Part shown: positions 36,112 through 45,688 of the stretch, in pieces
Layout: every line of letters starts with the position of its first letter
Position numbering within the stretch: position 1 is the first letter of the stretch
Source of the DNA: an uncultured Candidatus Saccharibacteria bacterium
Lineage (GTDB): Bacteria; Patescibacteriota; Minisyncoccia; Phycocordibacterales; UBA2100
Reading direction: 5' to 3'
Assembly: GCA_964399865.1 (NCBI GenBank)
Contig: CAYNRJ010000001.1
Location: 67,727 to 131,726 of the forward strand
Length of the DNA: 64,000 nucleotides
The notes under the pieces: model-generated
Seen by the model: the letters and a program-made list of their open reading frames with translations, nothing else
What the model was told of the DNA's origin: nothing
Databases searched by the model: none
Program-made: the position numbers and the translations under genes

Positions 36112-37092
36112 TTATTTATTAATATGACGCGTCTTTATAAAGCGAACAGTCTTTGGCTCTGTGCTCATAACGAGCGAGTGTGTGGTAATTGCTTCCGGGA
36201 TAAAGGTAACGCCTTCTGCGAGGGGGCCGGTGATCACGCCTGTCGCTATAAAGCTGATGTTGTTACCTTTTGCGAGGTCATTTGTCCTGAATATTGGTGT
36301 GAAATCAGTAATACCTGCCTTATTAAGACGCGCAATATGCTTTTCGTCCTTCGGCTGCCAACGACAAATGAGTTCGCCATTTAATGCTCGGAGTGCGGCA
36401 GCGGAAATGACCGCCTCTGCACTGCCTCCAACGCCCATAAGAATATCGATAGGGGAATCTCGCAGGCATGTTGCAATAGCCATCGAGACATCTCCGTCGG
36501 TGAAGAGTTGCACTCGCGCACCAGCAGCACGGATCTCTTCGACGAGACCTTCGTGACGCGGTCTATCGAGAACAGCAACAGTTATCTCGCCAACGTCCTT
36601 TCCAAGAGCTTTTGCAACCTTCGTCACGTTGTCTTTTGCAGGAGCATCGATGTCTATGACAGAAGCAGCTGCGCGGCCCACAGCGATCTTCTGCATGTAC
36701 GAGTCTGCGGCTCGATAGAGGGATCCTTCCGGGCCGATTGCTATCACAGAAACTGCGTTTGGTCGTCCGTATGCAACGGAGCTTGTGCATTCCAGTGGAT
36801 CAATCGCGATCTCTACAAGAGGACCCTTTCCACTCCCAAGTTTTTCGCCGATGTAGAGCTCCGCAGCCTCATCTTTTGCGCCCTCACCGATCACGATCTC
36901 GCCGTTGAAATCCATCGAGTTAAATTGTGCACGGATCGCATCAACTGCAGCTTGATCGGCGGCATGACTATCACCTTTCCCGATCCAACGGGCTGAGGCG
37001 ATAGCGCCGAGTTCAGTCGCGCGCACCAAATCTAGAGCGAGGTTGGCGAAGGTGGAGTTTTTGATTTCCGCCATATATATAAGTGCCCGCAT
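36112..37092 (-). CDS. glpX: fructose-1,6-bisphosphatase class II (GlpX-type)
   Basis: GlpX family signature over the full length; 326 aa. Confidence 0.85.
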   Translation of the reverse strand: MRALIYMAEIKNSTFANLALDLVRATELGAIASARWIGKGDSHAADQAAVDAIRAQFNSMDFNGEIVIGEGAKDEAAELYIGEKLGSGKGPLVEIAIDPLECTSSVAYGRPNAVSVIAIGPEGSLYRAADSYMQKIAVGRAAASVIDIDAPAKDNVTKVAKALGKDVGEITVAVLDRPRHEGLVEEIRAAGARVQLFTDGDVSMAIATCLRDSPIDILMGVGGSAEAVISAAALRALNGELICRWQPKDEKHIARLNKAGITDFTPIFRTNDLAKGNNISFIATGVITGPLAEGVTFIPEAITTHSLVMSTEPKTVRFIKTRHINK

Positions 37093-37274
37093 TATACTCC
37101 CCGGCCTATAAAAATCGCAATGATTTAGCCTGTGGATGCAAGATTGACTATTTTTCGCCCGGCGGTACGATTGCCTCGAATGTATGGTTTCCAGTGCGCC
37201 GACGGTTGTGTAAACCTAGAGGAGCAGAGGAAAAGGCGATCTACATCATTAAAGGAATACACAACCAAAATACA

Positions 37275-37628
37275 ATGGCTAAGAAGTTATATGTCGGTGG
37301 GTTGCCTTACAGCACGACCGACGCTGAGCTCAAGGACGCCTTTTCTCAGGCTGGAACTGTGGAGTCAGCTGTCATCATCATGGACAAGATGAGCGGCCGA
37401 TCCAAGGGTTTCGGTTTCGTTGAAATGTCTTCCGACGAGGAAGCACAGAAGGCAATTGAGATGTGGAATGGTAAGGACTTCGGCGGTCGCTCACTCACAG
37501 TGAACGAAGCTCGTCCTATGGAGGAACGTCCTCGTGGAGGTGGTTTCCGTGGCGGTTCAAGTGACCGTGGCGGATACAGCGGCGGTGGACGCGGTGGAGG
37601 AAATGGAGGTGGAGGCAGAAGCTGGTAA
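37275..37628 (+). CDS. RRM-type RNA-binding protein with Gly/Arg-rich tail
   Basis: RNP-2 (LYVGGL) and RNP-1 (KGFGFVEM) motifs plus C-terminal RGG/GGY repeats; start at MAKKLYV. Confidence 0.8.
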   Translation: MAKKLYVGGLPYSTTDAELKDAFSQAGTVESAVIIMDKMSGRSKGFGFVEMSSDEEAQKAIEMWNGKDFGGRSLTVNEARPMEERPRGGGFRGGSSDRGGYSGGGRGGGNGGGGRSW

Positions 37629-37732
37629 CACAGCTTTTAGCTGAAACATGGCTACGGCCCGCACTCTTTTGGGTGTCGGGCCGTTGCTATGAGGTATACT
37701 GTAATTAAGCGCATATATACACGTCATTAACT

Positions 37733-38269
37733 ATGGAGCCGGGAGATACAGCACAACAAAAAGAGAAAGAGTTCCTTGCGGCATATGAACAAAATGCCGA
37801 TGCTCTTTTTAGGCACTGCTATGCCCGGGTCCGCGATCGCGAGCTTGCGAAAGACATTGTGCAAGAGGCTTTTACCCGAACGTGGGTCTATATAGCGAGT
37901 GGTAAGCAGGTGGACCATATTCGCGCGTTCCTCTATCGCACTCTTCACAACGCGATAGTGGATACGATGCGAAAGAAACGTTCTGTTTCTCTTGACGTAT
38001 TGACCGAAGAGGATGGATTTGAGCCCGTGGACGAGCCGACAGAGTTACCTGCGGAAATCCGCGAAGAGATAACTGAGGCTTTGAAACTGCTCAAATCTCT
38101 CGACGAAATGTATTCGACGGTCATAACAATGCGATATATTGATCAGCTGACGCCCGGAGAGATCGCGCACGCGCTCAATATCTCTGAAAACGTTGTCTCT
38201 GTCCGTATACACCGAGGGGTAAAGCAGCTGCGAGAATTGTGGAACGAGAGACAACAGACAGAAGTATGA
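37733..38269 (+). CDS. ECF-type RNA polymerase sigma factor (sigma-70 regions 2 and 4)
   Basis: Region 2 (IVQEAFTRTW...) and region 4 HTH (LTPGEIAHALNISENVVSVRIHRG). Confidence 0.8.
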   Translation: MEPGDTAQQKEKEFLAAYEQNADALFRHCYARVRDRELAKDIVQEAFTRTWVYIASGKQVDHIRAFLYRTLHNAIVDTMRKKRSVSLDVLTEEDGFEPVDEPTELPAEIREEITEALKLLKSLDEMYSTVITMRYIDQLTPGEIAHALNISENVVSVRIHRGVKQLRELWNERQQTEV

Positions 38270-39366
38270 ATACAAATAATGACATGAATGATTTTGAACA
38301 AAAACTGGGGTCTCTTCAGGGGGTATCTCTTTCGCATGAAGAGAAAGAGGAGATGAGGCAAAATATACGCGCCTTTATAGCGGAGCATCCTGTACGCGCC
38401 TCGTTTTTTGCTCGATACTTTTCAAGCAGGAATGCAAATACTACTCCGGCGTTCATGCGACCGGCTCTCGCTGGACTCATGATTGTATTTGTCGTAGGTA
38501 GCGGCACCTCACTCGTTGCTGCCGACGCGCTACCAGGCGATTTTCTATATCCATACAAGATTCACGTTACTGAAAACGTAGAGAAAGCGCTGGCACTTAG
38601 TGCCGAGGCCAAGATCAATCAAAGTGCTGCTCTCGCAGTCCGTCGCATTGAAGAGGCTGAAAATTTGGCAGCACAGGGACGTCTTACTGCTGAGGCTAAA
38701 GCCGAGATTGAGGCGCGATTTAACATGCATGTTGAGCAATTTTCAGTAAAAACAGCCGCGGTGCACGATGATGAGGATGAAGTTGAAGTAATTGCTGATG
38801 CACAATCGGACTTGGAGGCTTCTCTTCGAGCTCATGCTGCCGTTCTCTCGGACCTCTCCCTTGCGGTTGCAGATGCAGATGGACACGTCTCCGAGATAGC
38901 GAGATTTGTATCAGATCGCGTACGCTCCGTTGAGATGGCGCGCGTAGCGACTGAAGAGAGAATTTCAGGAAAGGTGGGCGAGGGGATTCGCACTGCCGTT
39001 GCGGCTAAGCGACGTGCAGTTGAGAGAGAGTTAAGCGGTAATCGCACTCCCGCACCAGAGGCAGCTCCTGCGGCTGATAGTGCGGTAATGATGATGAGTG
39101 CGAAAGCTGTTATGAGCGCTCCTGCTCCTACGACAACAGCAGATACGGTAGAAGAGGCACTGCATGAAGGCGCAGCCCGTATCGATGAAGGTCAATATGG
39201 AGAAGCGTTCAAGACACTTCAAGGAGCAGTTCGTGCAATAAAGCAGGAAAAACTAGAACTCGATGTTCGCGAGAGATTAAATCTTGACGTGCACGTAGAT
39301 ACTTCTGTCTCAGTGGAAGCTGACTCGGAGAACATAGAAGTGATTCCAGGGGTGTTAGGTAATTAA
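38266..39366 (+). CDS. putative anti-sigma factor / single-pass membrane protein with a long Ala/Glu-rich coiled-coil ectodomain
   Basis: Translationally coupled (ATGA) to the ECF sigma gene; one TM (LAGLMIVFVVGSG), then a DFLYPYK-type domain and helical repeats. Confidence 0.45.
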   Translation: MNTNNDMNDFEQKLGSLQGVSLSHEEKEEMRQNIRAFIAEHPVRASFFARYFSSRNANTTPAFMRPALAGLMIVFVVGSGTSLVAADALPGDFLYPYKIHVTENVEKALALSAEAKINQSAALAVRRIEEAENLAAQGRLTAEAKAEIEARFNMHVEQFSVKTAAVHDDEDEVEVIADAQSDLEASLRAHAAVLSDLSLAVADADGHVSEIARFVSDRVRSVEMARVATEERISGKVGEGIRTAVAAKRRAVERELSGNRTPAPEAAPAADSAVMMMSAKAVMSAPAPTTTADTVEEALHEGAARIDEGQYGEAFKTLQGAVRAIKQEKLELDVRERLNLDVHVDTSVSVEADSENIEVIPGVLGN

Positions 39367-39392
39367 TTTCTACGAGGCGTTGATCTGAAAGA

Positions 39393-39424
39393 AAGGCCGA
39401 TATCCACAAGGAGATCGGCCTTTT
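39393..39424 (+). terminator. candidate intrinsic terminator after the anti-sigma gene
   Basis: AAAGGCCGAT-(12-nt loop)-ATCGGCCTTT stem; the T-run is partly within the stem. Confidence 0.4.
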
Positions 39425-39450
39425 AAGCGTCGAGGGCTCATAATGGAGAT

Positions 39451-39834
39451 ATGAAAATTGGAGCGCTCTTTGGGTGGGGTATTGCAATATATTCAGTAAT
39501 GTTTCTTCTGTGGTCAGCATTTGTCACGTATGGCTTTGTAGATGGAATGGCACCAAGAATTATAAGTCTATTGGTCCTCATCGGAATCGCTATACTTGCA
39601 GGGCAATCACTTCACTTCCACGCATGGTTAGATGTTCTGCCGTATTCGATTTTCTGGGTGGTCATAATGGCGATTCTCGATGGAATTCTTGGAGTGCCAT
39701 ATTCAGGATTCGCCCTGTACATGGATCCGAATCTTTGGTTTGGGTACGCAATCGTCTTACTTGTACCTCTTATAGCTCACCGTTTTTACATCAATCATTC
39801 GCATTCTGATCATGCTTCCGCGTCCTCGCTCTAG
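39451..39834 (+). CDS. small polytopic membrane protein (about 4 TM)
   Basis: Four hydrophobic helices; 127 aa; no recognisable motif. Confidence 0.45.
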   Translation: MKIGALFGWGIAIYSVMFLLWSAFVTYGFVDGMAPRIISLLVLIGIAILAGQSLHFHAWLDVLPYSIFWVVIMAILDGILGVPYSGFALYMDPNLWFGYAIVLLVPLIAHRFYINHSHSDHASASSL

Positions 39835-39840
39835 GAACGT

Positions 39841-41055
39841 ATGTTTGGGATCCATGACAGTAGTGTATCTATGAAGACGAGCGAGAACGCCCTCCACGGT
39901 CACCGATTTCTCTTACGCGCAGGTCTTGCAATAGGAAACGTATTTACATGGGTGTTCGTTTTCGAATATTTTCTACTTTTTTCGGGTTCTATCCCACGAT
40001 CTGTCGCGGGAGTCGCTTTAATCTACGCGCTTTCACAGTTGATCACGTTTGCTTTAACTCCGATCGCTGCGAGTCATTTACGTCGCGGTACGAGGCCGTC
40101 TCTTATTTGGGCGGCAGTGTGCGCAGGTTCCGCTTTCATAATTCTTGGCGCAACGCTTGGAGGATATTTTTCTGAGTATCCAGTTGCGTGGGGAGTAGCT
40201 GCGTTTGCAGTCCTCCTTGGAGCGTATCGTGCACTGTATTTCGCGCCCTTCGAGATAAATCAAAAAGCTCTAGAAGGAGGTCCGCAGGATCGACTGTTAT
40301 ACGAATTTCTTCTCGCACTTATTCCGGCGTTCGTTGGGGCAACGCTTGTCTATGAAGCTTATGCTCCGCTTAAGCTTCTCTTTGGTGCGGGCGCACTCGC
40401 CATTCTTTCCGCGCTACCCCTCTATCTATTGCCAAATATTCATGAACGTTTCTCTTTTTCGTACGTCGAGACTTTCAAGGAACTATTCTCACCAAAAAAT
40501 TCACGGCTACTAGGGCTTTCGTTCTTAGAGGGAATTCAAGGCGCGGCACTTTTCCTTGTATGGCCGCTTATGATTTTCATTATTGTCGGGTGGTCGTATG
40601 CGATCCTCGGCGTCATATTTAGTCTTACACTTCTGATCGTAATCATGTGCAGAAGTTTGTTTCGTAAATTTATATCAACCTCAACCATAGTTCGTTCGCT
40701 ACCGGTCCATGTCACACTCGCTATAACAGGATGGGTACTGAGATCAGTCGCGGGTACTCCAGTAGCAGTAATTGTGGCCGACGCATACGAACACACGCTC
40801 CGGCCAACCCGCGGGACCGTGACTGATCCTTTTGCATTTGAGCAGGTTGCAGACGGAGGCTCTTACATCGATGAATACACTGCGCTTAAAGAAATGGGGC
40901 TGGCACTCGGTAGGATTGCGCTTGCAATCGGTTTATATGTATTACTTTTTTTCATATCTCCTGGAATTGTATTTACAATCGTATTAGTAGTCGCTGCCAT
41001 TGCAGCCGGCTGTACCGTCATACTGTCGCGACTTAAGAAAGCAGTAGCTATATAA
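39841..41055 (+). CDS. polytopic membrane protein, MFS-like transporter
   Basis: About 12 predicted TM helices in 404 aa with a 6+6 arrangement. Confidence 0.45.
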   Translation: MFGIHDSSVSMKTSENALHGHRFLLRAGLAIGNVFTWVFVFEYFLLFSGSIPRSVAGVALIYALSQLITFALTPIAASHLRRGTRPSLIWAAVCAGSAFIILGATLGGYFSEYPVAWGVAAFAVLLGAYRALYFAPFEINQKALEGGPQDRLLYEFLLALIPAFVGATLVYEAYAPLKLLFGAGALAILSALPLYLLPNIHERFSFSYVETFKELFSPKNSRLLGLSFLEGIQGAALFLVWPLMIFIIVGWSYAILGVIFSLTLLIVIMCRSLFRKFISTSTIVRSLPVHVTLAITGWVLRSVAGTPVAVIVADAYEHTLRPTRGTVTDPFAFEQVADGGSYIDEYTALKEMGLALGRIALAIGLYVLLFFISPGIVFTIVLVVAAIAAGCTVILSRLKKAVAI

Positions 41056-41088
41056 AAAGCGCACTTCTCGACGATCGTCGGATACTAT

Positions 41089-41682
41089 GTGCGTATGAGA
41101 GGGCGTACTATAAAAGTAGGAAAACACTTCTTTGAGCGGCCGACTCTTACAGTTGCGCGAGAACTGCTTGGAAAATATTTGGTTAAAAAATCGAAAGGGA
41201 AAACGATTGCGCGCATGATCACTGAAACCGAAGCGTATGACGGTCCGCTGGATCTCGCGAGTCATGCATCCAAAGGTCGCACAGCCCGCACAGATGTCAT
41301 GTTTGGCGAAGCGGGAATTTGGTATGTGTATTTAATTTACGGAATGTACGAGATGCTCAATATAGTTACAGGCCCCACGGACTATCCGGCCGCAGTGCTT
41401 ATTCGAGGAGTTGAAGGGATCGATGGCCCGGGAAAACTTACACGTGAATTTGGAATCACTCGCTCGGTAAATCTAAAGGCAGTAGGGGATGACAGTGGCG
41501 TATGGATCGAGGACCGCGGAGTAAGGGTAAGACCGAGTGATATAGAGCGAACTCCTCGGATAGGGGTCGCGTACGCAGGAGAATGGGCGAAGAAACCTAT
41601 GCGTTTCGTGCTCAGGAAAGAAGCGCTGCAACCACAGCCTTCACGTCGTTCCCGTCAGCGCGGCCGGCCATCTCTTTCATAA
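41089..41682 (+). CDS. mpg: DNA-3-methyladenine glycosylase (MPG/AAG family)
   Basis: AAG-family core (ETEAYDGPLD...SHA..GRT.R..VMFG..G..YVY..YGM..MLN); 197 aa. Confidence 0.8.
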   Translation: MRMRGRTIKVGKHFFERPTLTVARELLGKYLVKKSKGKTIARMITETEAYDGPLDLASHASKGRTARTDVMFGEAGIWYVYLIYGMYEMLNIVTGPTDYPAAVLIRGVEGIDGPGKLTREFGITRSVNLKAVGDDSGVWIEDRGVRVRPSDIERTPRIGVAYAGEWAKKPMRFVLRKEALQPQPSRRSRQRGRPSLS

Positions 41683-42064
41683 CAGCGCCAGTGAGTTTTC
41701 CAGCACCAGAAGCATCAGTAACACCGAGCTCCTGTTTCTTTGCGGTTGCAACCCTCTCAATCTCCTCGCGACTCGCACCTTGAGGCAAGTACTCCTCAAT
41801 AATTTTCAATTCTGCGGTTTCTTTTGCTGCCAGTTCGGCTCGACCACCTCTTTCATACTCTGCTGCAGCTTCTTTGCGCTGCTTGGCAAGCCTTTTTAAC
41901 ACGGTAACGGCGTCAGCATCAGAGAGCTCCTCGGTAGGTTTTCTGCTTTTTGCGACGAGCTCATTAATGAAAGCGGCCATTGCACCTCGAAGTGTTTGGA
42001 CGCGAAGGTCATCTTTCGCCTTCATTGCTGCGGTCATGTCTGTACGAATCTTTGCAGTAAGCAT
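41612..42064 (-). CDS. GatB/YqeY domain protein
   Basis: YqeY-like helical domain (LKKLAKQRKEAAAEYERGGRAELAAKETAELKIIEEYLP); start at MLTAKI. 3' end overlaps mpg convergently by ~70 nt. Confidence 0.6.
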   Translation of the reverse strand: MLTAKIRTDMTAAMKAKDDLRVQTLRGAMAAFINELVAKSRKPTEELSDADAVTVLKRLAKQRKEAAAEYERGGRAELAAKETAELKIIEEYLPQGASREEIERVATAKKQELGVTDASGAGKLTGAVMKEMAGRADGNDVKAVVAALLS

Positions 42065-42101
42065 ATGAATCCAGAGTATAGCAGATAGTATACTGCTCTG
42101 C

Positions 42102-42992
42102 ATGACCGACCCGCTGTTCTTTCTATTCATAGGAATATCTGTACTCGCATTCGGCGTACACAGTGCTCTCATGGCGTCCCTTGCTCGACGCTTTGACGCA
42201 CTTACGGTGTCGACTTACCGCAGCGTCTCCCTCGTGTTTACGATGGCGCCGATTCTACTATTTGCATCCTGGGAACAAATACTTTCAGCAAGGGAACATG
42301 CGTTGACGCTTCTTTTATCAGGCGCAATCGGTGCAGCTGCATTTACCGTGAGTATGATGGGGTCGCGGTACCTACCGATAGGCGTTGCGAGCTCAATTCG
42401 GCAATCTACAACGCTGCCTGCAGCAATGCTTATCGGAATACTTTTCCTAGAGGAGTATCTGACTCTTGTACAAGCTATTCTCTTTGCTGGAGTTGCGCTT
42501 TGCGTGATAGCGCTTACATGGCTTCGCTCCGATCACGCTCATCTTGATCCAGCTATGGCGTTACGAGGAGTGTTACTGTCCGCTATTGCAGGTTCCGGTG
42601 GCGCGCTCTCATGGTATTTCTTCAGCCTATCGGCGCGAGAGATCCATCCGTTTGTCGCCGCATATTTTGTAGAGGCGGCGGTCGGTTTTTTCACGCTGCT
42701 TTATTTTGTAATTTTGAGAAGCTCCCGACTACATGCGGCAGAAGTCAGACTACCAGCGAACGTAATCTCGAAGGTCGTGCTTGTGGGTGCACTTACAATT
42801 TTCGCTACCGCAAGTTATGCGGTTGGTATAAATCATGGCCCATATCCACTTGCGACGGGTCTCATGATGTCGGGGACGCTTATCTCTACAGTTATCGCGT
42901 GGCTTTTCTTCAAGGAGCACTTAAAACGCATTCAAATCGTCCTCATTATCATCGCAGTCATATTGATGGCGCTTGTCAAAATGAACTCCTAG
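42102..42992 (+). CDS. EamA/DMT-family transporter
   Basis: Ten TM helices in two EamA-like repeats; 296 aa. Confidence 0.7.
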   Translation: MTDPLFFLFIGISVLAFGVHSALMASLARRFDALTVSTYRSVSLVFTMAPILLFASWEQILSAREHALTLLLSGAIGAAAFTVSMMGSRYLPIGVASSIRQSTTLPAAMLIGILFLEEYLTLVQAILFAGVALCVIALTWLRSDHAHLDPAMALRGVLLSAIAGSGGALSWYFFSLSAREIHPFVAAYFVEAAVGFFTLLYFVILRSSRLHAAEVRLPANVISKVVLVGALTIFATASYAVGINHGPYPLATGLMMSGTLISTVIAWLFFKEHLKRIQIVLIIIAVILMALVKMNS

Positions 42993-43014
42993 GCCTGCCT
43001 GATATACTTCATCT

Positions 43015-44088
43015 ATGGAATGGGTCATCGTCATACTTCTCGTTGCTAACCTTGTGCTCGTAGCGCTCTTTTTCATGCGAAGTCGGAGTAAAAAAGACGA
43101 CTCACAGGGATTAATGCTCCTGCAGAATCAGATGCAGGAACTATCGCGCGCCATGGAATCTAAACTGGGAGAGGGGACGACGCGGATGTTCGATTCAATG
43201 AAAACACAGTTCGGTGAATCGCAGCGACTTGCGAGCGATATTCGTGATCTCGTAGCTAAGCAACTGACAGAAGTACGTGTAGAACAGACTAAGACGAACG
43301 AATCCACTACACGCTTTATGGTAATCGCCGAACAACTCGCCAATCTTGAGAAGGTACTCAAGCACCAGAAACAGCGTGGAAACTTAGGGGAGGCTTCGCT
43401 TGAGCTCATTCTCTCGAACATTCTTCCTCCGGGGTCATTCAAGATGCAGTACGAATTTCCGGGAGGTGAGACCGTGGATGCCGTTGTCATAACCAAAGAG
43501 GGAGTGATACCGATAGATGCAAAGTTCTCGCTAGACAACTATCAGCGACTGGTTGAGGCAGTTGACGACACGCAGCGCGCAGAACTTGAGAAGCAATTCA
43601 AGAACGATCTTAAAATGCGTATCGATGAAACCTCAAAATATGTGCGTCCAAAGGACGGAACACTTCCATTCGCGTTCATGTACATTCCGGCAGAAGCAAT
43701 TTATTACGATCTTCTCGTAAACGAAGTGGGCTCGGTAAAGGTAAATACGCGCAATCTTATAGATTACGCATACAATGATAAAAAAGTGATCATTGTGTCA
43801 CCAACAACTTTTGCAGCCTACCTACAATCCGTTCTCTATGGCTTTAAGGCGTTTAAAATTGAGGAAACAGCTAAAGATATAGCAAAGAACGTGGAGAGTC
43901 TCTCACGACACCTCAAGGCTTATGAGGACTATTACAAGAAGGTGGGTACTGCGCTTTCGACAACGGTAAATCACTACAACGCTGGCTCGAAGGAGCTTGG
44001 AAAGATAGATAAGGATGTCCTCCGAATAACGGGGGATTCGGCAGGTCTTGAGGTCCCTCTTTTGGAGAAACCTCTCTCGAATGAATAG
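43015..44088 (+). CDS. rmuC: DNA recombination protein RmuC
   Basis: N-terminal TM, coiled-coil region and RmuC C-terminal nuclease-like domain. Confidence 0.75.
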   Translation: MEWVIVILLVANLVLVALFFMRSRSKKDDSQGLMLLQNQMQELSRAMESKLGEGTTRMFDSMKTQFGESQRLASDIRDLVAKQLTEVRVEQTKTNESTTRFMVIAEQLANLEKVLKHQKQRGNLGEASLELILSNILPPGSFKMQYEFPGGETVDAVVITKEGVIPIDAKFSLDNYQRLVEAVDDTQRAELEKQFKNDLKMRIDETSKYVRPKDGTLPFAFMYIPAEAIYYDLLVNEVGSVKVNTRNLIDYAYNDKKVIIVSPTTFAAYLQSVLYGFKAFKIEETAKDIAKNVESLSRHLKAYEDYYKKVGTALSTTVNHYNAGSKELGKIDKDVLRITGDSAGLEVPLLEKPLSNE

Positions 44089-44153
44089 CCGCGCTATAGC
44101 GCCATATTGCTCGATAAAGGGCGATATGGTATGGTTTGCCGACTAGAGATATG

Positions 44154-44462
44154 GCCAAAATAGCTATTATAGAAACAGGCGGAAAGCAGTACCTCGTTAC
44201 GCAGGACACCGTTTTGGATGTTGAGAAACTTGAGTCCGCAAAGGACGGGAAAATCACCTTTGATAAGGTTCTCCTTACTGACGATGGCAGTTCAACGAAA
44301 GTAGGCGCTCCATATATTACTGGTGCAAAAGTATCCGCTGAAGTCGTTCAGGAAGGTCGCGCAAAGAAAGTCGTCGTCATCCGCTACCGCGAAAAGAGCC
44401 GTTACTTCAAGAAACGAGGCCACCGTCAGCCTTACACAAAAGTCCGAATCACTGCCCTCTAG
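44154..44462 (+). CDS. rplU: 50S ribosomal protein L21
   Basis: MAKIAIIETGGKQY... L21 signature; no rpmA follows. Confidence 0.9.
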   Translation, partial: AKIAIIETGGKQYLVTQDTVLDVEKLESAKDGKITFDKVLLTDDGSSTKVGAPYITGAKVSAEVVQEGRAKKVVVIRYREKSRYFKKRGHRQPYTKVRITAL

Positions 44463-44476
44463 AGGGCAGTTTTCGC
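44452..44476 (+). terminator. rplU intrinsic terminator
   Basis: Palindrome CTGCCCTCTAGAGGGCAG overlapping the rplU stop, followed by TTTTCGC. Confidence 0.55.
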
Positions 44477-44555
44477 ACGTCCTTGACGAAGGATGCTAGG
44501 GATTGCTAAATTTCCCCGGGTTCAATGTCGGGCCTGAATTCACATGGAGGCGGAT

Positions 44556-45038
44556 ATGTCCGCGTATTGGGAGCTCAGAATCAGGACGGGAAGTCGGTCA
44601 GTTGAGGATATGTTGCGTGAGATGGGCGCAACAAGGCATGTCGACTGGGAGGTGGGGGAGATCATCAGGGAGTCAGGTGTCACCCAAATCGACGCCGGTG
44701 AGTATTCGTTTGCTGCGCTGTTCGGCTACGAATTCGATGACGGCTGGAGAAGGACTGGTGACATCACAAGCCAAGCCCGTCGTCTCTCGTATCACCACCC
44801 GAGAGTGGAGCACGCGATCTTGCTGGGCTTGCAGCCGCAGGCGCTGTTACCGGCGCACATGAGCGTGGTCTTCCATCCTCCCGTAACTGTCAGGTCGGTT
44901 TCGAGTGATGCTCTTCGACCGCGCATGATTGCGTTTGGGGAGAGTTCGGGGAGCCGGTGCTACGCGAGTGCTCCAAGATCGGATGCTTCCGGCGAATGGT
45001 ACCCGGACAGAGCGTTCGTCTTCCTGAATCCGAGATAG
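44556..45038 (+). CDS. hypothetical protein on a GC-rich island, in the position usually occupied by rpmA
   Basis: GGAGGC RBS 5 nt upstream. Putative promoter TTGACG-18-TAAATT. High GC3. Own terminator at 45044-45078. No recognisable domain. Confidence 0.45.
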   Translation: MSAYWELRIRTGSRSVEDMLREMGATRHVDWEVGEIIRESGVTQIDAGEYSFAALFGYEFDDGWRRTGDITSQARRLSYHHPRVEHAILLGLQPQALLPAHMSVVFHPPVTVRSVSSDALRPRMIAFGESSGSRCYASAPRSDASGEWYPDRAFVFLNPR

Positions 45039-45043
45039 AGCAA

Positions 45044-45078
45044 TTCTCGGACGGGTGCCCCGGATTTATTCGGGGCAC
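45044..45078 (+). terminator. GC-rich intrinsic terminator
   Basis: GTGCCCCG-GATTTATT-CGGGGCAC followed by TGTTCTATTTTCGG. Confidence 0.5.
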
Positions 45079-45082
45079 TGTT

Positions 45083-45685
45083 CTATTTTCGGCTTTCGAG
45101 AGCGCTTTTTATGGTCTCAGGATCGGCGTATTCAAGTTCGCTTCCAGTTGAAAGTCCACGACCAAGAGTCGTCACTTTAAGTGAGATGTTCGGGAGATCC
45201 ATTAAATCCTCACGTACACGAACAGCAGTCGCATCCCCCTCCGGGTTTGCGGGGAAGGCCAATATAACTTCTGAGAGCCCATTTTCTACGCGCCTTGGAA
45301 TGCCTGCGAGTAATTCTCTGATACGAAGTCCCGTGGTTTTGTCCGAGGCAAGGGATATCGTTCCTCCAAGCACAAAATACAGTCCGCGATATGTTCCGCT
45401 ATGCTCTAGGGCTGCTAGATCAGCATCGGAGGCTACGACAGCCAGATACTGTGAATCGCGCTCATGATTGGTACAGATACCACACACCTTTTCCTTTCCC
45501 GTAAAATAGCGCATGCATTCCGCACATTGATGCACTGCTCCACCGAGGGATTGAACAGATTCAACGAGCTCGCGGCGCAAAGTAGGGGACGAGCGAAGCA
45601 GATATTGCACGAACCTCTGCGCCTGACGCGGCCCTATGCCAGGGAATCGTTGGAACAGGTTGATCAGCCGCTCGATAGGGTCCAT
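45083..45685 (-). CDS. recR: recombination protein RecR
   Basis: HhH, C4 zinc finger (CAEC...CGIC) and Toprim domain; 200 aa. Confidence 0.9.
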   Translation of the reverse strand: MDPIERLINLFQRFPGIGPRQAQRFVQYLLRSSPTLRRELVESVQSLGGAVHQCAECMRYFTGKEKVCGICTNHERDSQYLAVVASDADLAALEHSGTYRGLYFVLGGTISLASDKTTGLRIRELLAGIPRRVENGLSEVILAFPANPEGDATAVRVREDLMDLPNISLKVTTLGRGLSTGSELEYADPETIKSALESRK

Positions 45686-45688
45686 GGT

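Noticed and set aside
41612-41682. 70-nt convergent overlap between mpg and the GatB/YqeY gene, considered as a possible frameshift or pseudogene
   Set aside because: Both frames are intact with conserved domains up to their stops. The overlap is most simply explained by a non-conserved C-terminal tail of mpg.
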